Shown piece after piece: positions 7,673 to 16,576 of a stretch of DNA of 64,000 nt. Position numbers and translations under genes: made by a program. The stretch lies in the IMG/VR virus record IMGVR_UViG_3300048575_000392, positions 1-64,000 of that record. One strand, given 5' to 3'. A model generated the notes under the pieces. The model worked only from the letters and a program-made list of their open reading frames with translations, made no database searches and was not told where the DNA came from. This DNA is from a virus. Taxonomy: Duplodnaviria > Caudoviricetes. Position 1 is the stretch's first letter; each line of letters starts with the position of its first letter.

Positions 7673-8757
7673 GACGACACCACCGTATAGTGCGTGGTAA
7701 GCGAAGAATACCTGGCGATCTGCGAATCGCTCACCACTACATTGGCCGCAGGAAGAACGATCTGCAAGTCGACGATCCCGGTGATCTTCATCACCGACTG
7801 CGTGATGCGGCTCAAGATCACGTCCTCGCCGATCTTCAGCCCGTTGATGTAGTTCTGCATGGCCGTGATGATCTCAGCCTCGACGGCTTCCTGAGACACC
7901 GTGTCGTCGATTTTCAGGTTCAGCTCTAGAGCGATAGGCACGACCGTCGGCGCCAGGACGCGCACGTTGATTCCGACCGCCTTGTAGCCCGGATTGGAGT
8001 AGGAGCCCACCCCGGCGATGATGCTCTTGACGGCTGCGATCACATCGGCAGGGGCGTCGCCATACCCATTGTCGACGTAGACGGACGTGTTCCAGACGTT
8101 ATCGATCGGCGGAAAGTGTTCCACGATGCTCACCGAGCGCACGTTGTCCACGCTCAAGCAGGCGGTCGTGATGCCGTAGCGGTTCGTTCGGCCGAGGCCA
8201 AGGATGTACTGGCGAAACCGCGTCTTGAACTCGGTCTCCGACTCCTCGTCCTGACCGCCCGTGCACGGATTGTCATTCCTAACGCTGTCGACCCCGATCA
8301 CGGAGGAATCAATCTTGACGATGAGTCCCTGTAGGACATTTCCTGAGGCGCCTGCATCGACCGCTCGGATGGAGACCGCGTTGGACGCGAGCCCCCCCGA
8401 GGCAATCGTCGCCACAGCTGTCGTCACGAACTGGATACCGGAATTCGTCGAGATGAGGGTCCCGACATCGATGGTGACGACGGTCGTGTAGGCCTTGGAC
8501 CTACTGAAAATGACCTGTCCCACCGCCTTCACACCTGCTTTCTGCTCGAACTCGAAGATCGAGAAGGGAAGGTACTTCAAGAAGGTGTCGTAGCCGGATC
8601 GCGCCTTGATGTAGGCCATCGCAACCTCGCGCCCGACGGCCTCCATGAACGACGCGATCACCGATCCGTCGTTGAAATCCGTCACCTTGTCCTGATGCGC
8701 GAGCATCCAGTTCCGCATGTCCTCGTAGATTTGGTCGAATCGCTTTATATCCATCAA
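7669..8757 (-). CDS. Baseplate J-like wedge protein
   Basis: KAVGQVIFSR, GASGNV, GGQDEESETEFKTR, YINGLKIGEDV motifs. Confidence 0.9.
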   Translation of the reverse strand: MMDIKRFDQIYEDMRNWMLAHQDKVTDFNDGSVIASFMEAVGREVAMAYIKARSGYDTFLKYLPFSIFEFEQKAGVKAVGQVIFSRSKAYTTVVTIDVGTLISTNSGIQFVTTAVATIASGGLASNAVSIRAVDAGASGNVLQGLIVKIDSSVIGVDSVRNDNPCTGGQDEESETEFKTRFRQYILGLGRTNRYGITTACLSVDNVRSVSIVEHFPPIDNVWNTSVYVDNGYGDAPADVIAAVKSIIAGVGSYSNPGYKAVGINVRVLAPTVVPIALELNLKIDDTVSQEAVEAEIITAMQNYINGLKIGEDVILSRITQSVMKITGIVDLQIVLPAANVVVSDSQIARYSSLTTHYTVVSS

Positions 8758-10460
8758 ATTACTCCCATGAAGTGATGCCTTGTCCCGTCATTGCAGACGT
8801 AATCGAATGAAACGATGAGCTTGTCTCCGTCTCCCAAGAACGCGAGCCCTTCGACTTTTGTAATCCGCGGGTCCTGGAGAACAGTGTCCGTGATCGAGAC
8901 GGCGAGGTAGGCAGCCGCGGCCGAGGTTGGATCGCCCACGGAGGCCTTGATGCCGTAGAGATTGAGCCGCACACGGCTCCCCAAGGCCTGGGTAAGTCGC
9001 AGGATGATCGCCTGCTGCATGTTCTCGTACTCGGAAACCGTGGAGGTATCGCCATAAGCAGCGATGACGATGTTCCCGTTGGCGTCGAGCGAGATATCGA
9101 CTCCGAGGACCGTCCGGCTCTCCGGGAAGGCGAAGATGAGATTGAACTTGTTCATCGACTGGGCGCTCAAGATGGGTATCTTGAGCTGCATTCCCGGCTC
9201 GAGATCGTCGTCGCCGGAGATCCCGTTATAGACCGCCAGAAGCAAGACAAGATTCGCGTTCCCGAGATAGGCATCCGCCACGGCTTCGAGGTGGGTTTCG
9301 CTCGTCACCGCGACGGAGCGCGACCCGTAGGTCACATAGGCGACATCGTTCCCATCGCCGTCCGGAAGTATGTTGACCTCCGGAGACGAGGACGATTTCA
9401 AGGAAGCGAAAATCTCGTTGATATAATTCTCCGAGCCCTGGATCAGGGTTTCAGAATTCGCGGCGAACTCGGCCTCGTCCATGGCCAGTTTCTCGAGCAC
9501 GTCGTCTGGAACGATGGACCCATTGTCGAAGTCGTGGTATACGCCGTCGCATTGGTCGCGTATTTCCTTCACGCCGTCGACGACGGTATTCAGAAGATCG
9601 AACGGCATAACGATCTGGAGGGCCGTGTTCCAAAGGGTCTTGTAGGCATCGCGGCCGAGGGCGATGGTGCTCGAAACGGTGCTCAGGAGGTTCCCCGCCG
9701 TGCCGTTGATCAGGCTTTTATAGTACTCGAACTTTGACTTGAAGAGATTAAGGTTGTTCTGAGCCTTGTTGATCGCGTTCAGGACATTCTCGCTCCAGAC
9801 GTACATCTTCTTCAGGAACGCGAGGGCATTGTCGAGCCCCTCGAAAGCATTCTTGATCGTGTTCTCGGTGATTACGGGAGCGGTCCGAGCCGGGGCCTTG
9901 CTCTTCCCCAGCACGCGGAGGCCGATGAATTCGATCGAATAGGAGTAGAAGAACGGGCGATCCTTCCCTTGGGATATTTTGAAGTCCTTAAGGACGACCT
10001 CGTAGGAATCGGGCGATATGAGGTTCCCCGCGGAGATGTCCGTGTCCGAGGCCATCGAGAGGTTGTAGAGGTACATCCTGGCCTCGCCATAGTCGTCGGG
10101 GTGATTCTCCTTGTACCTGATGATGTTGTCTCGGAGATAGAATATTTCCTCCTTCCCGTTCAACCAGAGATCGCCCTGGCCTTTCCTGTAGACCTTCTTG
10201 ATGGCTGAATTGCCCGTGGAGCCTGAGAAGGTGATCTTGCAAGCATCGGCGCCGTAGTCGTCAATGAACATTCCGCCGAAGGTTTTCGTCTCGGAGACGC
10301 GCTGCGGGAAGGTGATCTCGACGGCCTCGGGTGGGAGCGAAAACGTGAAGACCTCGCTCCAGCCCTTGCCCTTTATCTCGAGCATGTAGGACTGCTTCCA
10401 GATGTCGGGATAGTGGAGCCAGGAGCTCTTCCCGTCGCTCATGTTCCTTGTCTTGAACAT
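8754..10460 (-). CDS. Baseplate protein: N-domain + LysM-like + gp25/W-like C-domain
   Basis: LEAVADAYLG..YNGISGDDDLEPGMQLKIP (LysM-like) and C-terminal QQAIILRL..YG..LQDPRITKV (gp25-like). Confidence 0.6.
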   Translation of the reverse strand: MFKTRNMSDGKSSWLHYPDIWKQSYMLEIKGKGWSEVFTFSLPPEAVEITFPQRVSETKTFGGMFIDDYGADACKITFSGSTGNSAIKKVYRKGQGDLWLNGKEEIFYLRDNIIRYKENHPDDYGEARMYLYNLSMASDTDISAGNLISPDSYEVVLKDFKISQGKDRPFFYSYSIEFIGLRVLGKSKAPARTAPVITENTIKNAFEGLDNALAFLKKMYVWSENVLNAINKAQNNLNLFKSKFEYYKSLINGTAGNLLSTVSSTIALGRDAYKTLWNTALQIVMPFDLLNTVVDGVKEIRDQCDGVYHDFDNGSIVPDDVLEKLAMDEAEFAANSETLIQGSENYINEIFASLKSSSSPEVNILPDGDGNDVAYVTYGSRSVAVTSETHLEAVADAYLGNANLVLLLAVYNGISGDDDLEPGMQLKIPILSAQSMNKFNLIFAFPESRTVLGVDISLDANGNIVIAAYGDTSTVSEYENMQQAIILRLTQALGSRVRLNLYGIKASVGDPTSAAAAYLAVSITDTVLQDPRITKVEGLAFLGDGDKLIVSFDYVCNDGTRHHFMGVI

Positions 10461-10467
10461 CTTGGCC

Positions 10468-10710
10468 TCAGCTTATCGTTCCAGCGCCGGTGGAGGTGGT
10501 AGCCCCCGTCTGCGCCGCGGCCGACCCGGCCGTCGACACGGGAATTCCAGACGCCACCGTGACCACCGCATTGGCGGTGATGTGCGCGATGATCTCGCCG
10601 GCGATGTCCGTCCATATTTTCTGCACTTCGGCCTTGGCCTCGGCGCTTGCTCTGCTGTCGCAAACCTTGTTCGCTATCGCGGCCCCGAGGACCGCCGCGC
10701 TCATAGCCAT
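10468..10710 (-). CDS. Small baseplate/spike-associated protein
   Basis: 80-aa Ala/Thr-rich ORF with RBS directly after the spike gene. Confidence 0.5.
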   Translation of the reverse strand: MAMSAAVLGAAIANKVCDSRASAEAKAEVQKIWTDIAGEIIAHITANAVVTVASGIPVSTAGSAAAQTGATTSTGAGTIS

Positions 10711-10719
10711 ATAGACCTC

Positions 10720-11535
10720 CTATGTCCCCGCGACCTTCGACCCTACATGTGGCGCCCCCGTGATCGGACAGAAGGGGAGCGCGCAGAACGGACCGGTACC
10801 CGTAGGCGTCGCGCTTCCGTTCACCTCGAGCGTGCCCCCGGTGATCTTTCCTTGGGCCGTCGTAATCGTCGCTCCTCCCGCGGCGAGCTCGACCTTGTTC
10901 CCATTCTTGTCCTTCACGAGGACACCCGACCCGTCCATCGTGATCTCGTTGCTGTTCTTGTCCGTGACCTTGGCTCCGTTTTCATCGATCAGGAGCTTGT
11001 TCCCATTCCAGTCCGTCAGGTCGATCTTCTTCTCGCTCTTCTTTACGATCAGGACGAAGGAGTCGTCGTCCTCCACCTGGAGGTCGCCCTTCTCCTTGTC
11101 GTAGGTCCGCTTCCACTTACCCTCGATTTCCGAGAGGGCTTCGGATTCTTTGTTCTCGGCCAAGAACTCCTTTTTGATCGCCTCCGAGGCCTTCCCCGGA
11201 AAAAAAGAACAGAGGACGAAGCCATTCTCTATGCGCCCTTCGGGGAGCACGACATAGACGTAGGCGCCAACGGGGGGCAGATCGCGCACACCGCCAACGC
11301 CACTATCGTCTTCCCACACCCATCCACGGCTCGCGACGGGAATGTGCTTTACCATGTACCCGCGCCCTGTCTCGACATCTATCGAATGATCCTCCGAATG
11401 GCGATCTTTCACGCGGGCGTACATCCCGTAGACGCCAGGCGGGTCAGTTACGCCAGCGAGCGAAACCCCCGCCTGGGCAGGAGCATGTGGAGTCCTATTC
11501 GACGTTATGACTATCCTTCGCATTTCAACCCTCAC
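10720..11535 (-). CDS. Baseplate central spike (gpV/gp45-like)
   Basis: OB-fold N-terminus with LPPVGAYV, beta-helix-like DxNGNK repeats, C-terminal CALPFCPITGAPH. Confidence 0.75.
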   Translation of the reverse strand: MRVEMRRIVITSNRTPHAPAQAGVSLAGVTDPPGVYGMYARVKDRHSEDHSIDVETGRGYMVKHIPVASRGWVWEDDSGVGGVRDLPPVGAYVYVVLPEGRIENGFVLCSFFPGKASEAIKKEFLAENKESEALSEIEGKWKRTYDKEKGDLQVEDDDSFVLIVKKSEKKIDLTDWNGNKLLIDENGAKVTDKNSNEITMDGSGVLVKDKNGNKVELAAGGATITTAQGKITGGTLEVNGSATPTGTGPFCALPFCPITGAPHVGSKVAGT

Positions 11536-12956
11536 CCTAAGGACAGGCCGCCCTTCTTGTACTTCTCACCCTCGAACTCGAGTAGCCGTTTCCCGAGATT
11601 CTTGACGGGCCCCTTGAGGCTGCCATCCGTGTCGTAGATATATCCTCGCGTCACGGTGAGCTTCGTTCTCGGGGAGTCCCCGTACTTCCAGCTTCGCTCA
11701 GTCTCCTCGATGTAGAATTCCCCTCCGATGAACGAGAGCTTGTCTCCTATCTTCGGGTATTCCATGACGGCCGTATCATCAATGCTAATCAGGGAGATGG
11801 ACCCATTCAGAAACTCGTCGTTAGCGTGATACCAGTTGTAAAGCGTCTTCGCGGCTTTTTCGAGAACCTTTTCCGTGCTCGTATCGGTCGAGGCGCGGTT
11901 GAAGAACCTGAAGGTTATCTCCATGGGTCTGAATCCATACTTGGGCCACTTGTCTTTGTCTGAGGCTCGTGTATGCTCGTAGCTGTCCAGGGCCAGGGTC
12001 TGGTTGGTGTCGAGCTCGGAGCCCGGCATTTGGCCATAATAGAAGGTCTTGACCTCGGAGTCGTCGCTTCCCATGTCGTAGTCCGTGAGCACGAGCGGAT
12101 GAACCGCCGTCGACTTCAGCGCTACCCAATCTGAGGAATCGAATGGCGCCTGCCGAGCAAAGATCACGTACTTGCCGGAATCGCAATCCCACCTCCCAAA
12201 AAGCTCATACAACGGCGGCGGGATGATCGACTGCCAAATCTGCCAGATATTGTTCTCGCCGACATGATAGAGGCCTATCGCAAGGTCGTACCAGCTTTCG
12301 ATTGAATCCGACATGCCCTTGTCTAGGTCGAGGTAGTTGTCGATGAGGACCTTTACCCCGTAGTTCATGGTTCCAGAATCCGGAACGGTCACCAGCTTGA
12401 TGAAGCTGTCATAGATCGTTTTCAGCGTGGCCTTAAGCTTCCTGCCAGCCTTGCTCTCGAGCTCAATGATGAGTTGCTTCGATGCCGTCTCGGCATCAGC
12501 GCCGTTCACCCAAAGGTGGTAGTTCATTACGAGCTGGAACGAGGCGATGAGATGCCCAAAGCCGTTCCCCGAGATGATGACGCTTCTCGATGGGCCGTCT
12601 TGGCCCATGCGGGCAGAATATCTCACCTGATGGACGACGCCGCAGTACCGGACCTTTCCGAATTCCTCAATGAATACGAGGTCCATCTTGGATATCTTGT
12701 CTAGCCAGGTGAGGCCGTTCTTATCCATCTCGGGAAGCACGGACATCGAGAAAGGCGAGTCCACACTGACGATGGACTCGGTATAGGAGTAGGAAAGGAG
12801 CGCGTCCGCCTCGGCCTCGCTCGCCTTCGCCTTCGCATCCTCCGAGACCGGCCGGGGGACAAAAGTGACGATCGTGGTCTCCTTGTAGGTAGTCGAGGTG
12901 TAGTCGGGACGAACCACCTTGATCGAGAGGGTCGGTCTCCGCTTGATGTAGTCCAT
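11532..12956 (-). CDS. Baseplate hub (gp27/gp44-like)
   Basis: Position between tape measure and spike; KIGDKL..GEFYIEETERSW C-terminal hub pattern. Confidence 0.7.
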   Translation of the reverse strand: MDYIKRRPTLSIKVVRPDYTSTTYKETTIVTFVPRPVSEDAKAKASEAEADALLSYSYTESIVSVDSPFSMSVLPEMDKNGLTWLDKISKMDLVFIEEFGKVRYCGVVHQVRYSARMGQDGPSRSVIISGNGFGHLIASFQLVMNYHLWVNGADAETASKQLIIELESKAGRKLKATLKTIYDSFIKLVTVPDSGTMNYGVKVLIDNYLDLDKGMSDSIESWYDLAIGLYHVGENNIWQIWQSIIPPPLYELFGRWDCDSGKYVIFARQAPFDSSDWVALKSTAVHPLVLTDYDMGSDDSEVKTFYYGQMPGSELDTNQTLALDSYEHTRASDKDKWPKYGFRPMEITFRFFNRASTDTSTEKVLEKAAKTLYNWYHANDEFLNGSISLISIDDTAVMEYPKIGDKLSFIGGEFYIEETERSWKYGDSPRTKLTVTRGYIYDTDGSLKGPVKNLGKRLLEFEGEKYKKGGLSLG

Positions 12957-15265
12957 TATTTCTTCGCCCCCGGTTCGGTGACCACTTCGAGGTACATGTT
13001 CTCCGCGGCCCGCTGCATCGCCTTCGAAGTCTCGCCCATGTTGGCCTGGAACTCGCTCAGGACCGCCCGAAGCATCGCCACGCCCTCGTCACGGGTAACC
13101 GCGGAGCCGCCCGGCGAGTCGGGCTTCGTTGCGGCGGAGCGTGCATCATCGAATGCCCGGAGCGCCTTGGCCCCGCCCACCGTGGCGAAGAACTCGTCCG
13201 GGCCGCCCTTGTAGCGGTTCCAGATCGAGTCCATAAGAATCTTCGCCTCTTCGTTCCCAGAGGCAGCTGCGTTCGCAATGTATTGATGAGCGTCCCCACC
13301 AGGACGAGTAACCTTCTTCCCCATGACGGTTCCGGAAGCTGAACCTTTATAGGACCAGGGGACGGCGGCCGCGAATGCAGCGCCTGCGCCCTCGTCGTCC
13401 ATGCGATCCACACTTGCCGAGTATTTTGAATATTCGGAGGCGATCGTCTTGTTTCCAAAGAGCCCTTGGAGTGTCTGTTCCAAGGCGGGGATCGACTCAA
13501 GCCCCTTCCCCTTGAACATGCCGTTCAGAACGTTGTTCTCGTCGAGGAACGACGACTGCCTCGTCGATAGCGAGCTGATCCAGCTCAGGATGCCGCCGGC
13601 GGCGTTCTGTTCGTCGGGCGTGCCCTCCTTGAAGGCCTTCTGGAGGAGCGCCACCATCGTGTCTCGGTCCGCCTTGTCCGCACTGCTCCCGGCCACCTTC
13701 TCGGTCATGCGCCCCAGGCTCGCCTTCCAGCGGTCGCCAGCCACGGCCGCGACGATGGAATTCAGCGCGCTCATCACCTCTACCTTGCCAGGGAGCACCC
13801 ACTTCCCGATGTTCGCGACGTTCGTGCGGATATCCTGTTGCAGGCTCAAGAGCTTCTGCTCGGGAGACTCAGCGCTGGCCGGTTCCTTAATCGTCGACAC
13901 GGCCCCCTTATAGGACCCGCTCAAGTAGGAATCGTACACGTCGGACGCTGCATTATAGTTGATACCGTACTGCTTCCGGATGCCTTCGATGACGCCGGGC
14001 CGGTTCTGCGTCCCCCCCGCGATCTGCGTCACGATCGTCTTCATCTGCTGCTCGAAGAGCTCGGGCGTAAGGCCGCCTTCCATGGCGCGCATGACCTCGA
14101 CATAGCTGCCCGAGCCGTACTTGGCATACTGACTCCAGGCGCCGTCCTTGTCGTCCTTGAAGCCGCGGCTCCGCGCCTTGTCGATCGTCGACCGCATCGC
14201 CTGGTAGGTGATCACGTCATACTCGCGCTCGAGGCTCGTCGCCCCGGTCACGGAGTCGCTCATCTGCCGATAGCGCTGGTATCCCTGCTCGCCCTTCCAA
14301 AGCTGGCTCCCGTTCCCGAGGGCCGCGACAAAGTTCTGGGTCCGCGTCACCTCACCAAATCCCTTCACGACGCCCTTGGAGAGCCCCTCCTCGAAGATGC
14401 GCAGGGTCGCGTTGAGGTACTCCTGGTACTGACCCTGCTGCATCCCGGACGCTTCCGTGCCGCCGAGGCCGTAGCCCAGGGCGTTCCCCGCGTTGTAGCG
14501 CCTCCCGAGCGCCTCGGCCTGCATGAGGAGGCTCCGGTCGGCGCCGGTACCTCGCTCGTACTGAAAGACGTGAGAGGCGGCGCCATAAGCGCCGTAGCTG
14601 GTCACGCCGAGCTTGGCGAGCTGCTCGACGGCCGTCATGCCTTCCTCGATCGTGAATCCGAACCTGGACGCCGACTTGGCGGCCATGTTGAACGCGAGGC
14701 TGATGGCGTCGGAGTTTTCCTGATACTTGCCCGAGAGGGCCCCCAGCGTGGCCGCGAGGCGCATCGCGGGCTGCATGACCTTCTCATACTGCTCGGAGAG
14801 CTTGTTCGCCGCCATGCCGGCGGCCACTACTGCGACACCGACGCCGGCCGCGGCCAGGGCCCCGGTCGACACTCCGCCGGCGGCGGCGGTCTCTCCTGCC
14901 TTGGCCGCATCCCCGGCGATGCCGAGCGCGGCCCCCGCGGGGTTCCCACCGCCCATGGCGCCGATATAGTTCGGAGCCCGGCTGATGACCTTCGTCGCAT
15001 TCTCGAGGACGCGAAAGAGGGGGCTCTGCTTCAAGGCGGAGACAGCGGTAGTAGTGGCCGTCTGCTCCTCGGCATCCTGCATGCCCACGGCCTTCTTGTA
15101 TTTGAGAAGGGCGCTGGCATAGTCCGTCACGCCTTTCGTGTCCCCCGCGATGGCCGCCTTCTGCATGGCCTGCCCGAGGGAGCCGAGAGCTTGAGTAAGC
15201 TGATTCGCATTCGATACGGCGTCGCCCGTTTCCAGTCTTGCACGTATCGCTATCTCATCGCTCAT
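12956..15265 (-). CDS. Tape measure protein
   Basis: 769-aa Ala/Gly-rich helical protein after the tail chaperones. Confidence 0.8.
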   Translation of the reverse strand: MSDEIAIRARLETGDAVSNANQLTQALGSLGQAMQKAAIAGDTKGVTDYASALLKYKKAVGMQDAEEQTATTTAVSALKQSPLFRVLENATKVISRAPNYIGAMGGGNPAGAALGIAGDAAKAGETAAAGGVSTGALAAAGVGVAVVAAGMAANKLSEQYEKVMQPAMRLAATLGALSGKYQENSDAISLAFNMAAKSASRFGFTIEEGMTAVEQLAKLGVTSYGAYGAASHVFQYERGTGADRSLLMQAEALGRRYNAGNALGYGLGGTEASGMQQGQYQEYLNATLRIFEEGLSKGVVKGFGEVTRTQNFVAALGNGSQLWKGEQGYQRYRQMSDSVTGATSLEREYDVITYQAMRSTIDKARSRGFKDDKDGAWSQYAKYGSGSYVEVMRAMEGGLTPELFEQQMKTIVTQIAGGTQNRPGVIEGIRKQYGINYNAASDVYDSYLSGSYKGAVSTIKEPASAESPEQKLLSLQQDIRTNVANIGKWVLPGKVEVMSALNSIVAAVAGDRWKASLGRMTEKVAGSSADKADRDTMVALLQKAFKEGTPDEQNAAGGILSWISSLSTRQSSFLDENNVLNGMFKGKGLESIPALEQTLQGLFGNKTIASEYSKYSASVDRMDDEGAGAAFAAAVPWSYKGSASGTVMGKKVTRPGGDAHQYIANAAASGNEEAKILMDSIWNRYKGGPDEFFATVGGAKALRAFDDARSAATKPDSPGGSAVTRDEGVAMLRAVLSEFQANMGETSKAMQRAAENMYLEVVTEPGAKK

Positions 15266-15534
15266 CGAAACGACCTCTTGATATCCGCTATCTCGCTCTC
15301 GGAATACCCGAGGGCCCTGAGCTCTGCCTCGTCGAACTGCGGTTTCTGCCGCCGCTCATGCCACGCCTCACGTATGGCTTTCTCGTCGTACTGCGCCCAG
15401 AAATGGAACAGAATAGACGCCTGGGCGTCACTTAGCCGGTCGAGCTTCGGGTCCGTAGGCAAGACCCGAAAATGCTCCATCACCCACAGGCGCTGAAGCA
15501 GGAGCGGGTTCGACTCGTCCAGGGATTTCGCCAA
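15262..15534 (-). CDS. Tail assembly chaperone, downstream (frameshift-extension) part
   Basis: LWVMEHFRVLPTDP motif; overlaps the upstream chaperone in the +1 frame; lacks a clear ATG. Confidence 0.65.
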   Translation of the reverse strand: MAKSLDESNPLLLQRLWVMEHFRVLPTDPKLDRLSDAQASILFHFWAQYDEKAIREAWHERRQKPQFDEAELRALGYSESEIADIKRSFR

Positions 15535-15997
15535 GTCGAGATTCTCGAATTCGCTTCTGCACGTCTCCGCGAAACGTCTCGACCAGATGATAGAGTTCGG
15601 TTACGAACTCCTCATCCGGGCACTCCTCCCAAGTCCAGTTCGGATTCTCATCCCTGGCGGACTTGAACCAGTCCGGGCCGTTGATGATAGTCACGTCGAG
15701 CGTCGACCACACCTCGTTGTTGTAAAGGGCTCCGATGTCGAAGGTCGAGGCAGGAATTCCCCCTCGCCTAAGTGCGCGGAGATGGTCGATGCGCAGCCGG
15801 TCCTTCCCTGACGGGTATCGAGCGGTAAAGACCCCGCGTCGTGTCTCGATCTTCTTCTCGATCGCCTTTCCGAGGAGGAGAACGCCGAGCACGTCGATTC
15901 CGTCCGTCTTGCCAGCGTCGACAGGGGGCGCTTTCTCGGGGGCAGCGGCCGCCTCTTTGGGCTTGTCCACTATGTCGAACTCGAGTTCGTTGGTCAT
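15428..15997 (-). CDS. Tail assembly chaperone
   Basis: Between tail tube and tape measure genes. Confidence 0.7.
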   Translation of the reverse strand: MTNELEFDIVDKPKEAAAAPEKAPPVDAGKTDGIDVLGVLLLGKAIEKKIETRRGVFTARYPSGKDRLRIDHLRALRRGGIPASTFDIGALYNNEVWSTLDVTIINGPDWFKSARDENPNWTWEECPDEEFVTELYHLVETFRGDVQKRIRESRLGEIPGRVEPAPASAPVGDGAFSGLAYGPEARPAK

Positions 15998-16079
15998 ACA
16001 TACTCCTAAGGCTTTTTATTGCCCCTCCTTCAGAGGGAGAAGGCGGCCAGGGCCCCGAGGAGTCCCGGCCGCCATGAAC

Positions 16080-16565
16080 CTACAGCGTCCGCTCGAGAGA
16101 GCGGAGCTGGATGTTCGCCTTCGCGTAGGCGTTCCCGTCGATGTTCATGCCGTCATTCGTGACGATGACGCCCGAGAAGGCCGCGAGGACCACCCCCTCT
16201 TTCTGGTTGTAGAAGTCGAGGTACTGGAACCCCTTCGGCTTACCGGCCGTCATCACGTCGGTGCGGGTCGGCAGGAGCTCGGAGAGCGTGACGTTTCCGC
16301 CGCCCTCGTACTGCTGCGACCCGGTGACGCGCTTGGCCGGGATGAAGGTGCCGATGGTGATCTCGCAGTTGTAGCCGTTCGGGTCGATCGAGACCGGGCC
16401 GAGATGGCCAATGACGACTGCATCCTGCACCTGGAAGTTCTCCGAGTAGGAGACGTTCGTCGCAAGCCCGATCACCTTCTCGGGCGTCGCGGAGTTGATG
16501 CCGACGCGGACCTGTACGTTCGCCCCGGTCGCTATGATCTGCTCTTTGATATTGGGCAGGGCCAT
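16080..16565 (-). CDS. Tail tube protein
   Basis: 161 aa, directly after the sheath; IGLATNVSYSENF beta-rich pattern. Confidence 0.85.
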   Translation of the reverse strand: MALPNIKEQIIATGANVQVRVGINSATPEKVIGLATNVSYSENFQVQDAVVIGHLGPVSIDPNGYNCEITIGTFIPAKRVTGSQQYEGGGNVTLSELLPTRTDVMTAGKPKGFQYLDFYNQKEGVVLAAFSGVIVTNDGMNIDGNAYAKANIQLRSLERTL

Positions 16566-16576
16566 TCAGTTCCTCC

